In this document: positions 1-10,643 of the stretch, piece after piece | How positions within the stretch are numbered: the stretch's first letter is position 1 | Layout of the letters: every line of letters starts with the position of its first letter | Assembly: GCA_013416795.1 (NCBI GenBank) | Contig: RQSC01000025.1 | Location: 314,137 to 378,136 of the forward strand | DNA: 64,000 bases | Reading direction: 5' to 3' | Source: Prasinococcaceae sp. CCMP 1430 | Lineage: Eukaryota > Plantae > Prasinodermophyta | The notes under the pieces: model-generated | What the model was told of the DNA's origin: nothing | The model's input: only the letters and a program-made list of their open reading frames with translations | The model's database searches: none | Program-made: the position numbers and the translations under genes

Positions 1-1179
1 CGTTCTGCTTCTGTTGCCTGTGGTCACCTTGCTGCTGCTCCTTCCACTCCTCCCACACGGCCTCCACCACGGGCCGATGTTTCTCGGACGTGAGAATGCT
101 GTCGTACATCCCGTACCCATGCTCGTGCACGCACTCCATGAGCGCGATGTCGGCTCTTGGCTGGTTCCACCAAGGGTACATCACCATGGGTTCGGCACAC
201 GCGTCCTTGATGCCTTGCAGCGCCAAGGTAGCGACAGCCTCGTCCCCGCTGTGCAGCGCGGCGAGCGCCTGGCCGAGCTTGTCCATGAGAAAGACTCGCC
301 GCATCCTGGTCACGGCAAGGCTGCTGACGTTCTTGGCGGCGTCAAGCGGCTTCTCCGTGACGACCGGTGGCAGCCACAGAGGGCTGCCCGCGTCGCCGCC
401 TCCCGTCGTGTAGCGCGGCACCGTCTTGCCCTTGCTGTTCACGTGATCCTCGGTCAGCACCGGCACCGCCGCGACGGCGCCTTCAGGGTCCAGCTCGAGC
501 AGTGCCTCCGCGATCGACTCGGCATCGGCCGGAGGCACCCCATGGCCATCGCGCACGGCCGACATGAGCGTCGCGAGAGTTTGCGCGGCGAGGCTGCGCT
601 CCCTGCGCGGCTGCGCCGGCATGTTCGCTGCCAGATGGTACAGCTCATGGCACGCCATGTCCATCAGATCCCCCTTGCTGTGGCCTGGTCTCTTCGAGTG
701 GCCCCTGCCCTTCGTCGCCCCAAACATTTCATCGAACCCCGCGCTCACCTTGTCCCAGCGCAGGGTCCCGTGGTTGAGCAGGAGCTTGGAGATGTGATCG
801 CGCTCGTTCACGCGCCACACGCCGCCGCGTCGCTCGTCGCCGGCAGCGGTTGCGGCAAGCGCCGCCGCGTCTTTGGCGGGGCCGTCGCCCGCCGCGAGGA
901 AGCCGACGCGGAGCGCGAGTCGATTATTGCCGACCCCTTCATAGCCGATCACCGGGACTCGCTCTCGGCGCTTTTCTGCGCCCTCGCTGATATCGAGACT
1001 GATCGCGTCAGCGGATCGGCGGCGATCGTCGTTGACTATGCGATGAATTCGTGTGGCACACCAGTTGCGCAGGAGGGCTTCTCCCCACCTGATGTTACCG
1101 ACGCGGCCACCGCGATGGCCGAAAGCCCTCCCGAGTGGCTGGCGGCCGTGGCCGAGAAGGCTCCCGCCCTTGCCAGCGC
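1..1179 (-). CDS. Partial CDS with a CHD6-9/Kismet-like SANT-SLIDE-type DNA-binding region; runs off the left edge, 5' end obscured by the N at 1180
   Basis: The minus frame antisense to ORF 14..1366 is open. It reads ...WRVNERDHISKLLLNHGTLRWDKV...RMRRVFLMDKL...PWWNQPRADIALMECVHEHGYGMYDSIL..., resembling the CHD7-type motifs 'EKNLLVYGWGRW' and 'WW...D..LL.GV.KHGY..Y'. Confidence 0.5.
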
Positions 1180-2199
1180 TNACGGCGGCGGCGACAGGGC
1201 GCGCGCGCGGCCGCGCCCCATGCGCCGCGGCGCCCCGCCATTTCGAGGCGCGTCCCGCGGGTTCCCCTCATCGCTTCGCATGCGCTCGGGCGCCCCGGAA
1301 GGGGATTCGCGACGACGTGCAGGTTCGGCGCCGCGCGAGGCTCCTTGTGCGGAAAGCTGCCAGTAAGGGTTTGTGTGTATTGGGGTTACATGGAGAGGGT
1401 TTCACTCATTGGGGTTCAACGCGCGCGCCGCGGCGGCGCGCCCACTGCGGCAGCACTCAGGGTTTACAAGTGAGGTGCTGCGGTAACGGACAGTAACGAA
1501 TATTTGGGGTTTACGGAAAGCGTCCCTAAAAGCGCAAAGGCGCCAGAGAAAAAGGCGTCAGGCGCAAACACGGAGCGCGGAAAAGCGGTAAAGTGCCAAA
1601 AAAAGCCGCCCCGGTCGGCGGCCCTGCCCCCTTTCTAGCTAGCGAGCTCTCGCCTGCCTGCCTCCGCCGAGCCGCGTCCGGCCGCGGCCGAATGAGCTAG
1701 CCGGCCGGCCGGCCGGCCGGCCGGGCCACGGGGGTTCGCCGAGCTGCAATTGGGTCGTGCGCTGGGCTCGCCTGCCGCGCGCGCTCTCGCGCCCTCGCCC
1801 CCGACGCGCCCGCGATGGATCCAGAGCATCCGCCGCGCTAAACCAGCGCTGCCCTGGTCGCGCCGGTTCCCCGTGGCCCCGCTCCCGTCTTTTCGGATCG
1901 CGTCGCGGAAACACGCTCCGTTCCGCGGAACCGCTCCGCCGTGTTTTTTTTTTGCCTCGCGCCGCTTTGCGTCCTCCGCGCCGGCCGGTCGCCGTCCCGA
2001 TCCGCCAATGCGCTGCGCGCAGAGCCCGCAGAATTGGCGAGCCGCCGGCGGCCCAATTGCGCGCCGTGCGGATCGCGGGCGGATCGCGCTCCGCGCCCCC
2101 ACGCCTGGATCGTTCGCCCGGTGTCGGCTGGCTGGTTGGCTGACTGGCCGGTCGCCGCCGGGCGCGGGCGCTGGCGCGAGCGGGTGCTCGGCCGGCAGN

Positions 2200-3102
2200 G
2201 CCGCCCTCGGCGGGCGCGATCGACTGGAAACTTCGCAGCAGCTCGAGGGCGCTCTCGGCCGAGCGCAGCTTCTTGAAGCTGGTGTCGATGAAGGCGCGCG
2301 TGGCGCGTCCGATGCGCTCGCTGTCGCTTTTGAATTTGGCCATGACATCGACCCACTGGCTGCTGTAGCGCTTGTCCCACGGATCGAAGGGCAGATTCTC
2401 GATGGGCTTGAGCATCTGGGCCACCTGCGCAATCACGTCATCGATGCCGATAGCGTCGCCAGTCACCGCCTTGAGCTCGGGGCCCAGGAAGCGCGCGAAT
2501 TCGTCTGACACCACCACCACCTCCCTCAGGTCCGAGCAGATGTTGGCCATGTAAGTCGTGCGCTCGAACAGCCTGCGGCGGTCGAACTCCCACCGATTGT
2601 CGCGGCCGCTCGTCTCAATCTTCTCGCGCACCTGCAGATAGATCTCGCTCCACTGCTCGAGCACCTTCTTCGCGAAGTTGATGTGGGGCACGCTCTCGGC
2701 GGCGGGCCGCTTGAAGATCACCCGCAGGTCCATCTCGCCGGCGACCTTGCCCGAGATCTCGTTGGCGATGCGCTCGAGGAGATTACCCATGCGCGTGTCG
2801 TCCGAGTAGTGTCGCGAGATAATCCAGACCATGCGCAGGGCGTTCATCATGGGCGGCAGGGTGTCCAGCACCAGCTGCATGGAGCCGTTGGAGATGTTCT
2901 TGAAGTGGCGCTCGAGCGTCGTGAGGAACTTGACGTTGTCCTTTGCCTCGACGTACAGCTTGGTAAGCTCGGCGTACTGCGCCTGGAAGGCCTCGAGTAG
3001 GTTGGAGTCAGTCGAGCCGTGATCGAGCACCGTGAGCATGGCCTTGACGTTGGGCAGGTTGAGCTGCTCGTACAGCGACGACAGGCTGGCGTTGCGCTCG
3101 CG
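2200..3102 (-). CDS. Fragment of an axonemal dynein heavy chain N-terminal region (DHC_N1; inner arm I1/1-alpha, DNAH10-like), about 300 aa only
   Basis: RERNASLSSLYEQL...LYVEAKDNVKFLTTLERHFKNI...MNALRMVWIISRHY...WEFDRRRLFERT...FIDTSFKKLRSAE. Ends at the N at 2199; no start codon or splice acceptor at the 5' side. Confidence 0.85.
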
Positions 3103-3127
3103 CCGAGTGCCGGAAACGTCCCCAATT

Positions 3128-3132
3128 TTACA
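3128..3132 (-). terminator. TGTAA poly(A) signal candidate for cyclin D
   Basis: ttaca on + strand, about 670 nt past the cyclin stop codon; TGTAA is the known chlorophyte poly(A) signal. Confidence 0.4.
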
Positions 3133-3406
3133 TTGAGCAGCCGGCGTGCGATTGCTGCATTAGGTGGCGCATATAGGGCGCTCGATGCGGCAGGCGAGCG
3201 ACAGCCTCGTATAGGGCTGCCACTGCACTGCCGCCGCCTCATGGGCCGACACGTGGCCCCGGGCGTGGCCGCACGCCGCGTGTGCGGCGAGCGGCGCGTT
3301 TACTGCTGCTGCGTGTGTTGTGTCCGTGTGTCGCCAAGACTGGCCCAGACGGTGTGCGAAGATTAATCTCCGCGCTTTGTGTCTTCCCTGTGCACCCGTG
3401 TCGTGC

Positions 3407-3407
<1 letters not shown>

Positions 3408-3459
<52 letters not shown>
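3408..3459. repeat. Poly-C homopolymer
   Basis: About 52 consecutive C. Confidence 0.9.
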
Positions 3460-3460
<1 letters not shown>

Positions 3461-3800
3461 TTGTGACGGCGTCGCCGGCCAGTGTCGCGCCAGCCTCGGC
3501 CGTGTCATCAAAATTAGTGCTGCGTTGCCCTGCGTCTGCCCTCCGGCGCGCAAGCTGCCGGGCCAGTCGTCCCACCCACCCCCTGTCCTCTTGTGTTTGT
3601 GTGTGCGTAGTGTACAGTCGGAGACGGGAGCGGGCGCCAGCCAGAGCAGCGTCGCCATGCAAACTCTCCCAGAGCTGCAGGTGTGTGTGCACGAAGACGG
3701 GACGATCGTTGCCTCCATCCAACTGGAGGCCTCGAGAGATCGGCCCCACCTTTGTTCGTGCGTCGGAGCTCGTGTGTTGCTGCTGCTGTCGTGCCACGCC

Positions 3801-5069
3801 CTACAGCGAGCGGGCTACCTTGATCGAGCGCTCGCGCAGCGCGTAGCGACCGCTGATGCGCATGATGCCCTCATCGGGGCTCGCGTGGACCGTGCTGAAG
3901 TCGCTGAAGTGCTCGGGCGTCGGAGGCTCCGATATGTCGCGCGTCCGCTTGCCGGCGCGCGCGACGAGCCCCGGTGTGAACACGTACATCGAATCCAGGA
4001 TGCTGTCGGGCGTCGAGTTGCGGCTGATCTTCTGGCATTCGAAGATCTCGTCTTCCTTGGCGCTGACAGGCGTGCAGCGGCCCGATGCGCGCGCGCCCGG
4101 GGTGCCCATGCCGTGGACGCGTGCGTCTGCGGACGAGGCCACGGCGGCGGAGGCGGCGGCCATCGCCAGCTCGGCGTCGGCGACCCCGCGCGGGCTGTTG
4201 AACGGCCTCGCCCCGGGTGGGAAGTCCCACAGCGGCGCGCCGAGCTCCGACGAGACGCGCGGCGTATGCGGCTCAACCGCGGGGGTGGCCACGGGGGCCG
4301 TCGCGCCCTTGGCGGCGGGCATGCGGTCCTCATCCTCGTCGACGTTGATCACCTCGGCGAGCGCCTGCAGCACCGTGTCGCCCCAGGCGGGCCCGAGGAG
4401 GGCGCCGGCGGCGGCAGACACCGCCGCGGCGGCGCGCACGCTCGGCGCGAAGCGCAGCGGCGCGGTGACGGGCAGCTGCTGCCTGAGCAGGTCGTACGCC
4501 AGCGTGCGCACCTCCTGACTCTGGCACTCGAGCACGCCGCCGTCGGGCCCGGCGCTCGGTCCCGCGAGCGACGCGTGCCAGAGCATGCGATCGATGTACT
4601 CGAAGGGCGTCACCGTGACAAGCCTCCAGTCGAGCGCGGCGCTCACCTTGAGCTCCATCTTCATCACGAGGCTTGCGTCGTATCCTAGGCCGTGGGGCGT
4701 GATCGCGTTGATCTGCAGCTGCCACAGCGGCGGCACCAACACCTCCTCCATCTTGATCGCCAGCGAGAGGCACGCCACCGCGAGCAGGTTGGGCACCCAC
4801 TCGTTGCTCGGCTGCGGCGGCGCCTTCTTCTCCCAGTAGCGATCCATCATGGTGATCGCCGACGCGATCGACGACGAGCGGAAGCCGAAGGCCGCCTGCG
4901 CGCCGAGCATGTAGGCGATGGCGGCGTCGCGCTTGGCGGGATCCATGCGCGGCGAGGCGACGGGCTTGCATCCCATGCGCCTCTCGCTCGCCACCTGCGC
5001 GCGCAGCTGGTGCGCCAGGTCCCCGTGAGCGTGCTCGACCTCGAGCTGCTCCCAGTCGCAGTCCTGCAT
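3801..5069 (-). CDS. CYCD: D-type cyclin (plant CYCD-like)
   Basis: Cyclin box R.AAIAYM...FGF...AITMMDRY...W.PNLLAVACLSLAIKMEE..VP.L.QLQ...MELKV..ALDWRL..VTPF; single exon, 422 aa. Confidence 0.88.
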   Translation of the reverse strand: MQDCDWEQLEVEHAHGDLAHQLRAQVASERRMGCKPVASPRMDPAKRDAAIAYMLGAQAAFGFRSSSIASAITMMDRYWEKKAPPQPSNEWVPNLLAVACLSLAIKMEEVLVPPLWQLQINAITPHGLGYDASLVMKMELKVSAALDWRLVTVTPFEYIDRMLWHASLAGPSAGPDGGVLECQSQEVRTLAYDLLRQQLPVTAPLRFAPSVRAAAAVSAAAGALLGPAWGDTVLQALAEVINVDEDEDRMPAAKGATAPVATPAVEPHTPRVSSELGAPLWDFPPGARPFNSPRGVADAELAMAAASAAVASSADARVHGMGTPGARASGRCTPVSAKEDEIFECQKISRNSTPDSILDSMYVFTPGLVARAGKRTRDISEPPTPEHFSDFSTVHASPDEGIMRISGRYALRERSIKVARSL

Positions 5070-5188
5070 GGGTATCGCGCAACGGCGGCGACGAAACGCC
5101 GCGTATTTATTCGGCCGCCGAGACGATGCGCGCCCGAGGCCCGCCCGCCGCCCGGTCGACCGCGGGCCAGCTGAGCGCCAGACGCGCC

Positions 5189-7184
5189 ATGCCCGCCGCG
5201 TCGATCATCCGCCGCGCGCTCGTCGTGGCGGGCTTGGCGTGCGCTGAGGGCGCGTGGAGGACGCTCGCGGAGGAGGCCCCCATGGAGGCCCCCATGCCGC
5301 AGCCAGCGGACTCAGCGGACTCCGGCCCGCCGCCCACCTGCCCGGAGTTCGACTGCGCCGCGATCTACGACCCCACCTTCGTGGGCGACTACTCCGGCTT
5401 CAACTTCCAGGACTTCAAGCTGCTGTTCTGCGGCGAGACGCAGACGAGCACGGACTGCCCCGCCCTGGCGCTCGAGTCGCCGCAGGCAGCCAAGTCCAAG
5501 AAGGAGCCCCAGCCCGGCCCGGCCGGTGACCCCAACTTCGTCGGGCCCGGCATCGGCCTCTACATTGAGCTCAACGCCCCGAAGAAGACGCAGGTGGACG
5601 GCAAAGATCACGTCACGCCCGGCGGACAGCTGGGCATCAAGCAGGTGCGGCAGCGCCCGCCGCTCGCCGGCGCCGCGCCGCGCGCGCCNNNNNNNNNNNN
5701 NNNNNTTGTGTGCACTTTGGCTGTCGCGCGAAGCCTCGCCCGCGCGTGCTGACGCCCGCCGCGCGCACGCGGTGGCGCGCGCGCAGATCTCCGTGCGCTC
5801 GTGCCCGTCGACCGCCCCGGAGGAGCTGTGGTTCGGCGAGGCGGCCCAGCGCGACGGCAACCTGAACTTCACCTTCTACCTGCGCCCCCAGGACCTCAAG
5901 GCCGGGTGCGGCTACGGCAAGCTTCGCATGTTCCCCAGCTGCTCGCCCGAGAGCGTCGGGGGCTCCGGTGGGCCCTTCGGCTCGAAGGGCCCCACCACGC
6001 CCGTGGGCCTGTGGCAGGTGCGCGAGGAGGGACAGACTTTCGACTACTGGCCCATCGAGGGCACGTGGGCCAAGTTCGTGTACCAGGTGCCCAAGCCCTT
6101 CGACTCGGGCGTGAACTGCCTCTACGACACGATCAACTTCATCAACGAGAACGACGCCAACTCCAAGTGCGACTATCAGCTCTCCATGGACGACGCGACG
6201 TTCGAGTCGGACTGCATCCGCCCCCTCCCCCCGACGGAGGCCCCGACCGCGTCCCCGACTGTGCAGCCGTCCGCCGCCCCCACCCCGGCGCCGACGGCCG
6301 CGCCGACGAACACGCCGGCCCCGAGCTCCTCTCCCATCACCATCCCGACGGCGGCGCCGACCGTGTTCGTGGAGCAGCCGTGCTGCCAGCAGTTGCCCGA
6401 CGCCGACAGGTACACCTTCAACTACACTGCGGGCTTCTGCATCTCGCGCGGCGGCCAGTGGGCGCCCGGCTGCCCGTCGCCCGCCCTCACTGGCTTCGGA
6501 AGCGCGGAGGCGCAGTGCAAGAGCGTGGGCCTCGAGCTGTGCACGCTGGAGGAGGCGTTCTCGTCGGCGGTCGGACCGGCCGGCTGCCCGGGCCTGGACA
6601 CGTCGAGGGACAACTTCTGGACCAGCACCCCGTGCTCGACGCCTGGCGGCGGCCTGTCGGTCCAAGGCTACTTCGTCATGCAGGGCGACGGCTCGCGCTA
6701 CGACTGCGCCTTGCCGTCGTACACTGAAGGCAAGGTCATGTGCTGCTCCAACTTCTGCCCCCCCGCCGAGGACAGCCTCAAGTGCTGCGCCGAGATCGAG
6801 GGATCCCCCTGGCCGCTGGACCGCGAGGTGGGCGTGTGCTCGAGCAGCCGCATCAGCGGCATCTCGGAGGACTCGTCGTGCAACAACGACGTCACGTGGG
6901 CCGAGGCCAACTCGAAGTGCCGCTCCGTGGGCGCCATGATGTGCACAACCGAGAACGCCTTCGTGGGCGCTGAGACGGGCTGCAACACCGAGGACCTGAA
7001 CATCTGGACGGGTGAGCCGTGCACGACCTTTGTGCCCGGGAGTGACGTGCCTGTCCCCGGCTACTACCAGATTCGCGGCTCGGGTGAGGGTCCCCCCTAC
7101 TGCAACCCGGACCTGGAGCAACCGAACGGCCTGCGGTGCTGCGCGGACGCGTGCCCGCTCGCCGCGTCGACCTCCACGCCTTGA
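5189..7184 (+). CDS. Secreted modular protein: signal peptide, beta-rich domain, Pro/Thr linker, two Cys-rich repeats
   Basis: N-terminus MPAASIIRRALVVAGLACAEG; intron 5645-5787 (contains an N gap); PTEAPTASPT linker; two CC...A...C...G..LCT.E...GC...W...C...CC..C repeats; very high GC3. Confidence 0.8.
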
Positions 7185-7382
7185 AGTGGGCACTTAACTA
7201 AAGCTGCACGGGAGGGACTACTAAGCTAGCTTTGGGCGCGCGCGCGAGCGGCCGTGTTTACTGAGGGGCCGTATCTATTAAAAACGAAGCACCGTCGCTC
7301 ACACCGATCCCACGAGAGGCTGGCCTGCAGCGAGCGTCGCGCGCGCCGTGGTGGCGGCGCTGCATCCGTCCACCGACCGCCC

Positions 7383-8891
7383 TCAGTCCGAGGGCGCGCC
7401 CCCGCGCTTGTCCTCGCCGCGATACAGCTGCGCCACGAGGGCGCACGCGCCGGCGAGGGCCACGAAGCAGATGCTCGCAGGCGACCACACCCCCTCGTAG
7501 TGCGGATGTGCAGACAGCAGAGCCGAGAGCGTGTACGTCACGGCGATGCCGCTCAGCTGGCCGGCCACCATCAGGCCGGCGCTCGACACCTCCTCGGAGA
7601 TCGGATACGTGTGGGCAGCCGTGCTGTCGAGGCAGACCGTCATGAGCGGCACCATGCCCACGCCGAGGGCGCAGAACGACGCCGTGGCCAGCGCGCCCTG
7701 GTCGGGCCGTAGCGCCAGCACCGCCCCGAGGCACGTCAGCCATGCGAAGCCGAACCACGCGCGGAGCACGACGCGGTACTGCTTCGTTGAGTCGAGCAGG
7801 ATGGCCGCCACAAAGGTCCCCGCCATGCCGCACCCCATTAGGAGCCCCCCGAACATGCCCGCACGGTCGCTGTCGTAGCCAGCGACGCCCACCCACTGCT
7901 CCACCACCGTCATGAGCGCGTTGAAGGAGCCCAGCCCGATGCCGAACGCAAAAAGCACCACGACGTAGTCCTTGTCTGCGAGCAGCGTGCCGACGTCCCT
8001 TCGCAACCCCGCCAGCGCGTACGCGGCGGGCTCCTTGGGTTTCGCGCGCCTCCGCGCCTCGGCGGCGGTCGGCGGGAAGGCGGGTTGCGACCGGAAGAAC
8101 AGCAGCACGAGCAGCAGCGCAACCACGCCGACCACCGCCTGCCCTCCGAGCAGTCCCAGGAATCCTCGCACCGCAGTCCCGGCGTCGTTGTCGGAGGCGT
8201 GCACGACCAGCGGCGACACCACCTGTCCCACCACGATGCCGACGCCGTTGGACATCGCCGCGACGGCAGTGGCCTCCGCGGTGCCAGCGAACCACGTGCT
8301 CGCGACGCGCGCCGGGATGTTGGTGAAGGTCGGCTGGGCGAGCGCCGCGAGGCTCTGTCCACCAAGCAGCATCGCGAATGGCAGGCGCGACGCGGCGGGC
8401 GAGCCGTCCGGGGGCAGCGCCAGCGCTGACGCCAAACGCGCCGCCGCCGCGAGCAGATTCATCACGCCGCCGGCGCACACCGTCGCGCGCAGGCCGAGCC
8501 TGCGGCTCGCCATGGCTGCGATCACGGTGCCGGGTGCGTACAGCGCCAGGAATGTCATCGAGAGCGTATTAATCCAGTCCTGAGAGACGGCGTACGCCGT
8601 CGAGGCCTCCGACGCAACCGGCGCGAAAGAGATCCACAGCGCGCCGGACGTCGCGGAGCTCACGCAAAACGCGAGCATCACCAGGTACGCCCCCGCGCCC
8701 GCTGGCCGCGTCTCCGCGAAGGGCGTCATCCGGGAGCAGCTCCCCGAGCTTCCACCCTCCGCATCGGCCAGCAGCTGCGCCCGCGCCCCCTCCTCGCCGC
8801 CAGCGCCCGCCGCGCCCTCGGCGCCCTCGCCGCCAAACAGCCACGCGCGCACGTTGGCCATCGCTCGGCCCTTGGCATCCTCGCGGGACAT
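7383..8891 (-). CDS. MFS transporter, FLVCR/SLC49-like
   Basis: WISFAPVA, GGQSLAALAQP...P.RVASTWF and TYPISEEVSSAGL motifs; about 12 hydrophobic segments; ATG at 8891. Confidence 0.88.
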   Translation of the reverse strand: MSREDAKGRAMANVRAWLFGGEGAEGAAGAGGEEGARAQLLADAEGGSSGSCSRMTPFAETRPAGAGAYLVMLAFCVSSATSGALWISFAPVASEASTAYAVSQDWINTLSMTFLALYAPGTVIAAMASRRLGLRATVCAGGVMNLLAAAARLASALALPPDGSPAASRLPFAMLLGGQSLAALAQPTFTNIPARVASTWFAGTAEATAVAAMSNGVGIVVGQVVSPLVVHASDNDAGTAVRGFLGLLGGQAVVGVVALLLVLLFFRSQPAFPPTAAEARRRAKPKEPAAYALAGLRRDVGTLLADKDYVVVLFAFGIGLGSFNALMTVVEQWVGVAGYDSDRAGMFGGLLMGCGMAGTFVAAILLDSTKQYRVVLRAWFGFAWLTCLGAVLALRPDQGALATASFCALGVGMVPLMTVCLDSTAAHTYPISEEVSSAGLMVAGQLSGIAVTYTLSALLSAHPHYEGVWSPASICFVALAGACALVAQLYRGEDKRGGAPSD

Positions 8892-9338
8892 CGCAGAGCC
8901 GCCCGCGCGCGCGGCGCGCGCCCCCTGTGCCCCTTGCCCCTTCCCCCCCCTCCTCCTTCCCCCCACCTGCCCCCGCGTGCGACCGCGCGCGTGCAGCCTG
9001 TCGCCTCGGCGGTGAGACCACCCACGGGCGACTTTTATACGATGCGAATGCACGTATGATCGAACGCAATCGCCCGCGATGACGCGAGGCGCGGGGATGT
9101 TGCCGGGCCGGCAGCGATTTTGATTGATTTTGATGGCGGTTCGGAAGCGCGGGGGTGCGCCGGCCGCAGAGTCCCACGGGCGGAGCGAGAGTGTTCGCCA
9201 CACCTCGCCAGCGCCCCGCTCGCCACCGCCCTTGTGTGTGCCGCCGCCCCCCGCGCAGCCGCGCCGCGCTGCGGCGGAGGTGCGCCGCGCCGCGCCATCG
9301 CTCGCGAGGGGAGGCCGCGCGTGGGTGCGGCCTCGACG

Positions 9339-10401
9339 ATGGCCGGGGCGCGGCCAGCGAGCGCGACGGGCCCGTTTCCGACGCTCCCGATCACGAGCGA
9401 GGCGACGCTTGCGGCGTGCAGCGCGCTGGACGTCGGCGACGGCGACGTGTTCATCGCGTCGTACCCCAAGAGCGGCACCACGTGGACGCAGGCGATCGTG
9501 TCGGCCCTCGTGAGCGGGGGCGAAAGGCCCCGGCACGTCGGCGACGTCGCTCCTTTCTATGAGATTGACCCCCACTGGCGGCACGACTCAGACAGTGGAG
9601 GCTCGCGCTACGTCGGTTCGCCGCGCGCGGCGGACGCGCACGCCCGCTTGGGCCGGCGCGTCTTCAACACGCACCTGCGGCACGCCATGCTGCCGCGCGG
9701 CGAGGGCGCGCGCATCGTGTACGTCGTGCGCGACGGCGCGGACGTGTGCGTGTCCTTCTTCCATCACCTCGCGTCGCAGCGGGGTGACGCCGGCCGTTAC
9801 GACAAGGGCTTGGACGAGTTCTGGCGAGAGTGGCTGCGCGGCGAGCTGCCATACGGGCGCTGGTCGGATCACCTCGCGAGCTACGCTGCAGCGGCCGCCG
9901 GGGATGACCCGCGCGTACTGGTCGTGTCGTACGAGCAGCTCTCGAGCGACCTCGAGGGCACCGCGCGGCGCATCGCGTCGCACATCGGCGCGGAGCCGCT
10001 CGAGGACGTCGCGCCGTTCACCTTCGACGGCATGCGCAAAGAGAGGGACAGGGTGCGCACGGAGAGGCGCTCCTGCCTGCCCGCTTCGCGCCTTGCGTGC
10101 GCCCGCAGGCGCATGCGCCCCCGCTAGCCCGCATGCTTACGCGCGATGCGAGCGCAAGCCGCTGCTCCAACGCCGCGAGTCTGACGCCGACTGCACGTGC
10201 CGCATTGCGAGCGCGCAGTACCAGCCCGAGAGCGTCGAGTGGGCGCCTGGCTACGAATTCCTTCGCAAAGGCCGAGTGGGCGACGCCAGGAGCACGCTCT
10301 CTGAGGAGCAGCTGGTAGAATGGCGGCAGCACCTCGCTGAGGCCTTCCCCGACGGGCTGCCCGAGTGCTTCGCGGGCGCGCTGCGGGCGGGCGCTGCGTG
10401 A
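9339..10401 (+). CDS. PAPS-dependent sulfotransferase (SULT family)
   Basis: 5'-PSB motif YPKSGTTW, 3'-PB motif YVVRDGADVCVS, C-terminal FLRKGRVGD in exon 2; intron 10053-10218. Confidence 0.9.
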
Positions 10402-10643
10402 GCTGAACAACAAATCTCAATATAATACACACAGTACAGGTGGGCTTATGACGAGCAGGGGTCGTCTTGTGTGAAGGCTCGAGGATGCAATAATGCGGCA
10501 ATGTCGAAGGGTCGAGACTGTGCTCGAGCAGAAGTCATGTCAGCGGGTGCTCCATGTTGTGCGTGCACGGCCAGAAGTCATGTGCGTGGTGCGTGTCCGC
10601 GGTGGTGGTTGGACGTGCGAGCACGTCCCGACTTGGGCAGCCG

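Noticed and set aside
14-1366. 450-aa plus-strand ORF and the many other long overlapping ORFs in the track
   Set aside because: Antisense or off-frame shadows of real genes, caused by stop-codon scarcity at ~70% GC; R/A/P/G-rich with no motifs.
2200-2222. GATC near the ends of both dynein fragments as a shared breakpoint signal
   Set aside because: The first fragment plausibly continues (SIAPAEGG) to the gap, and G-ATC is common with Ile codons.
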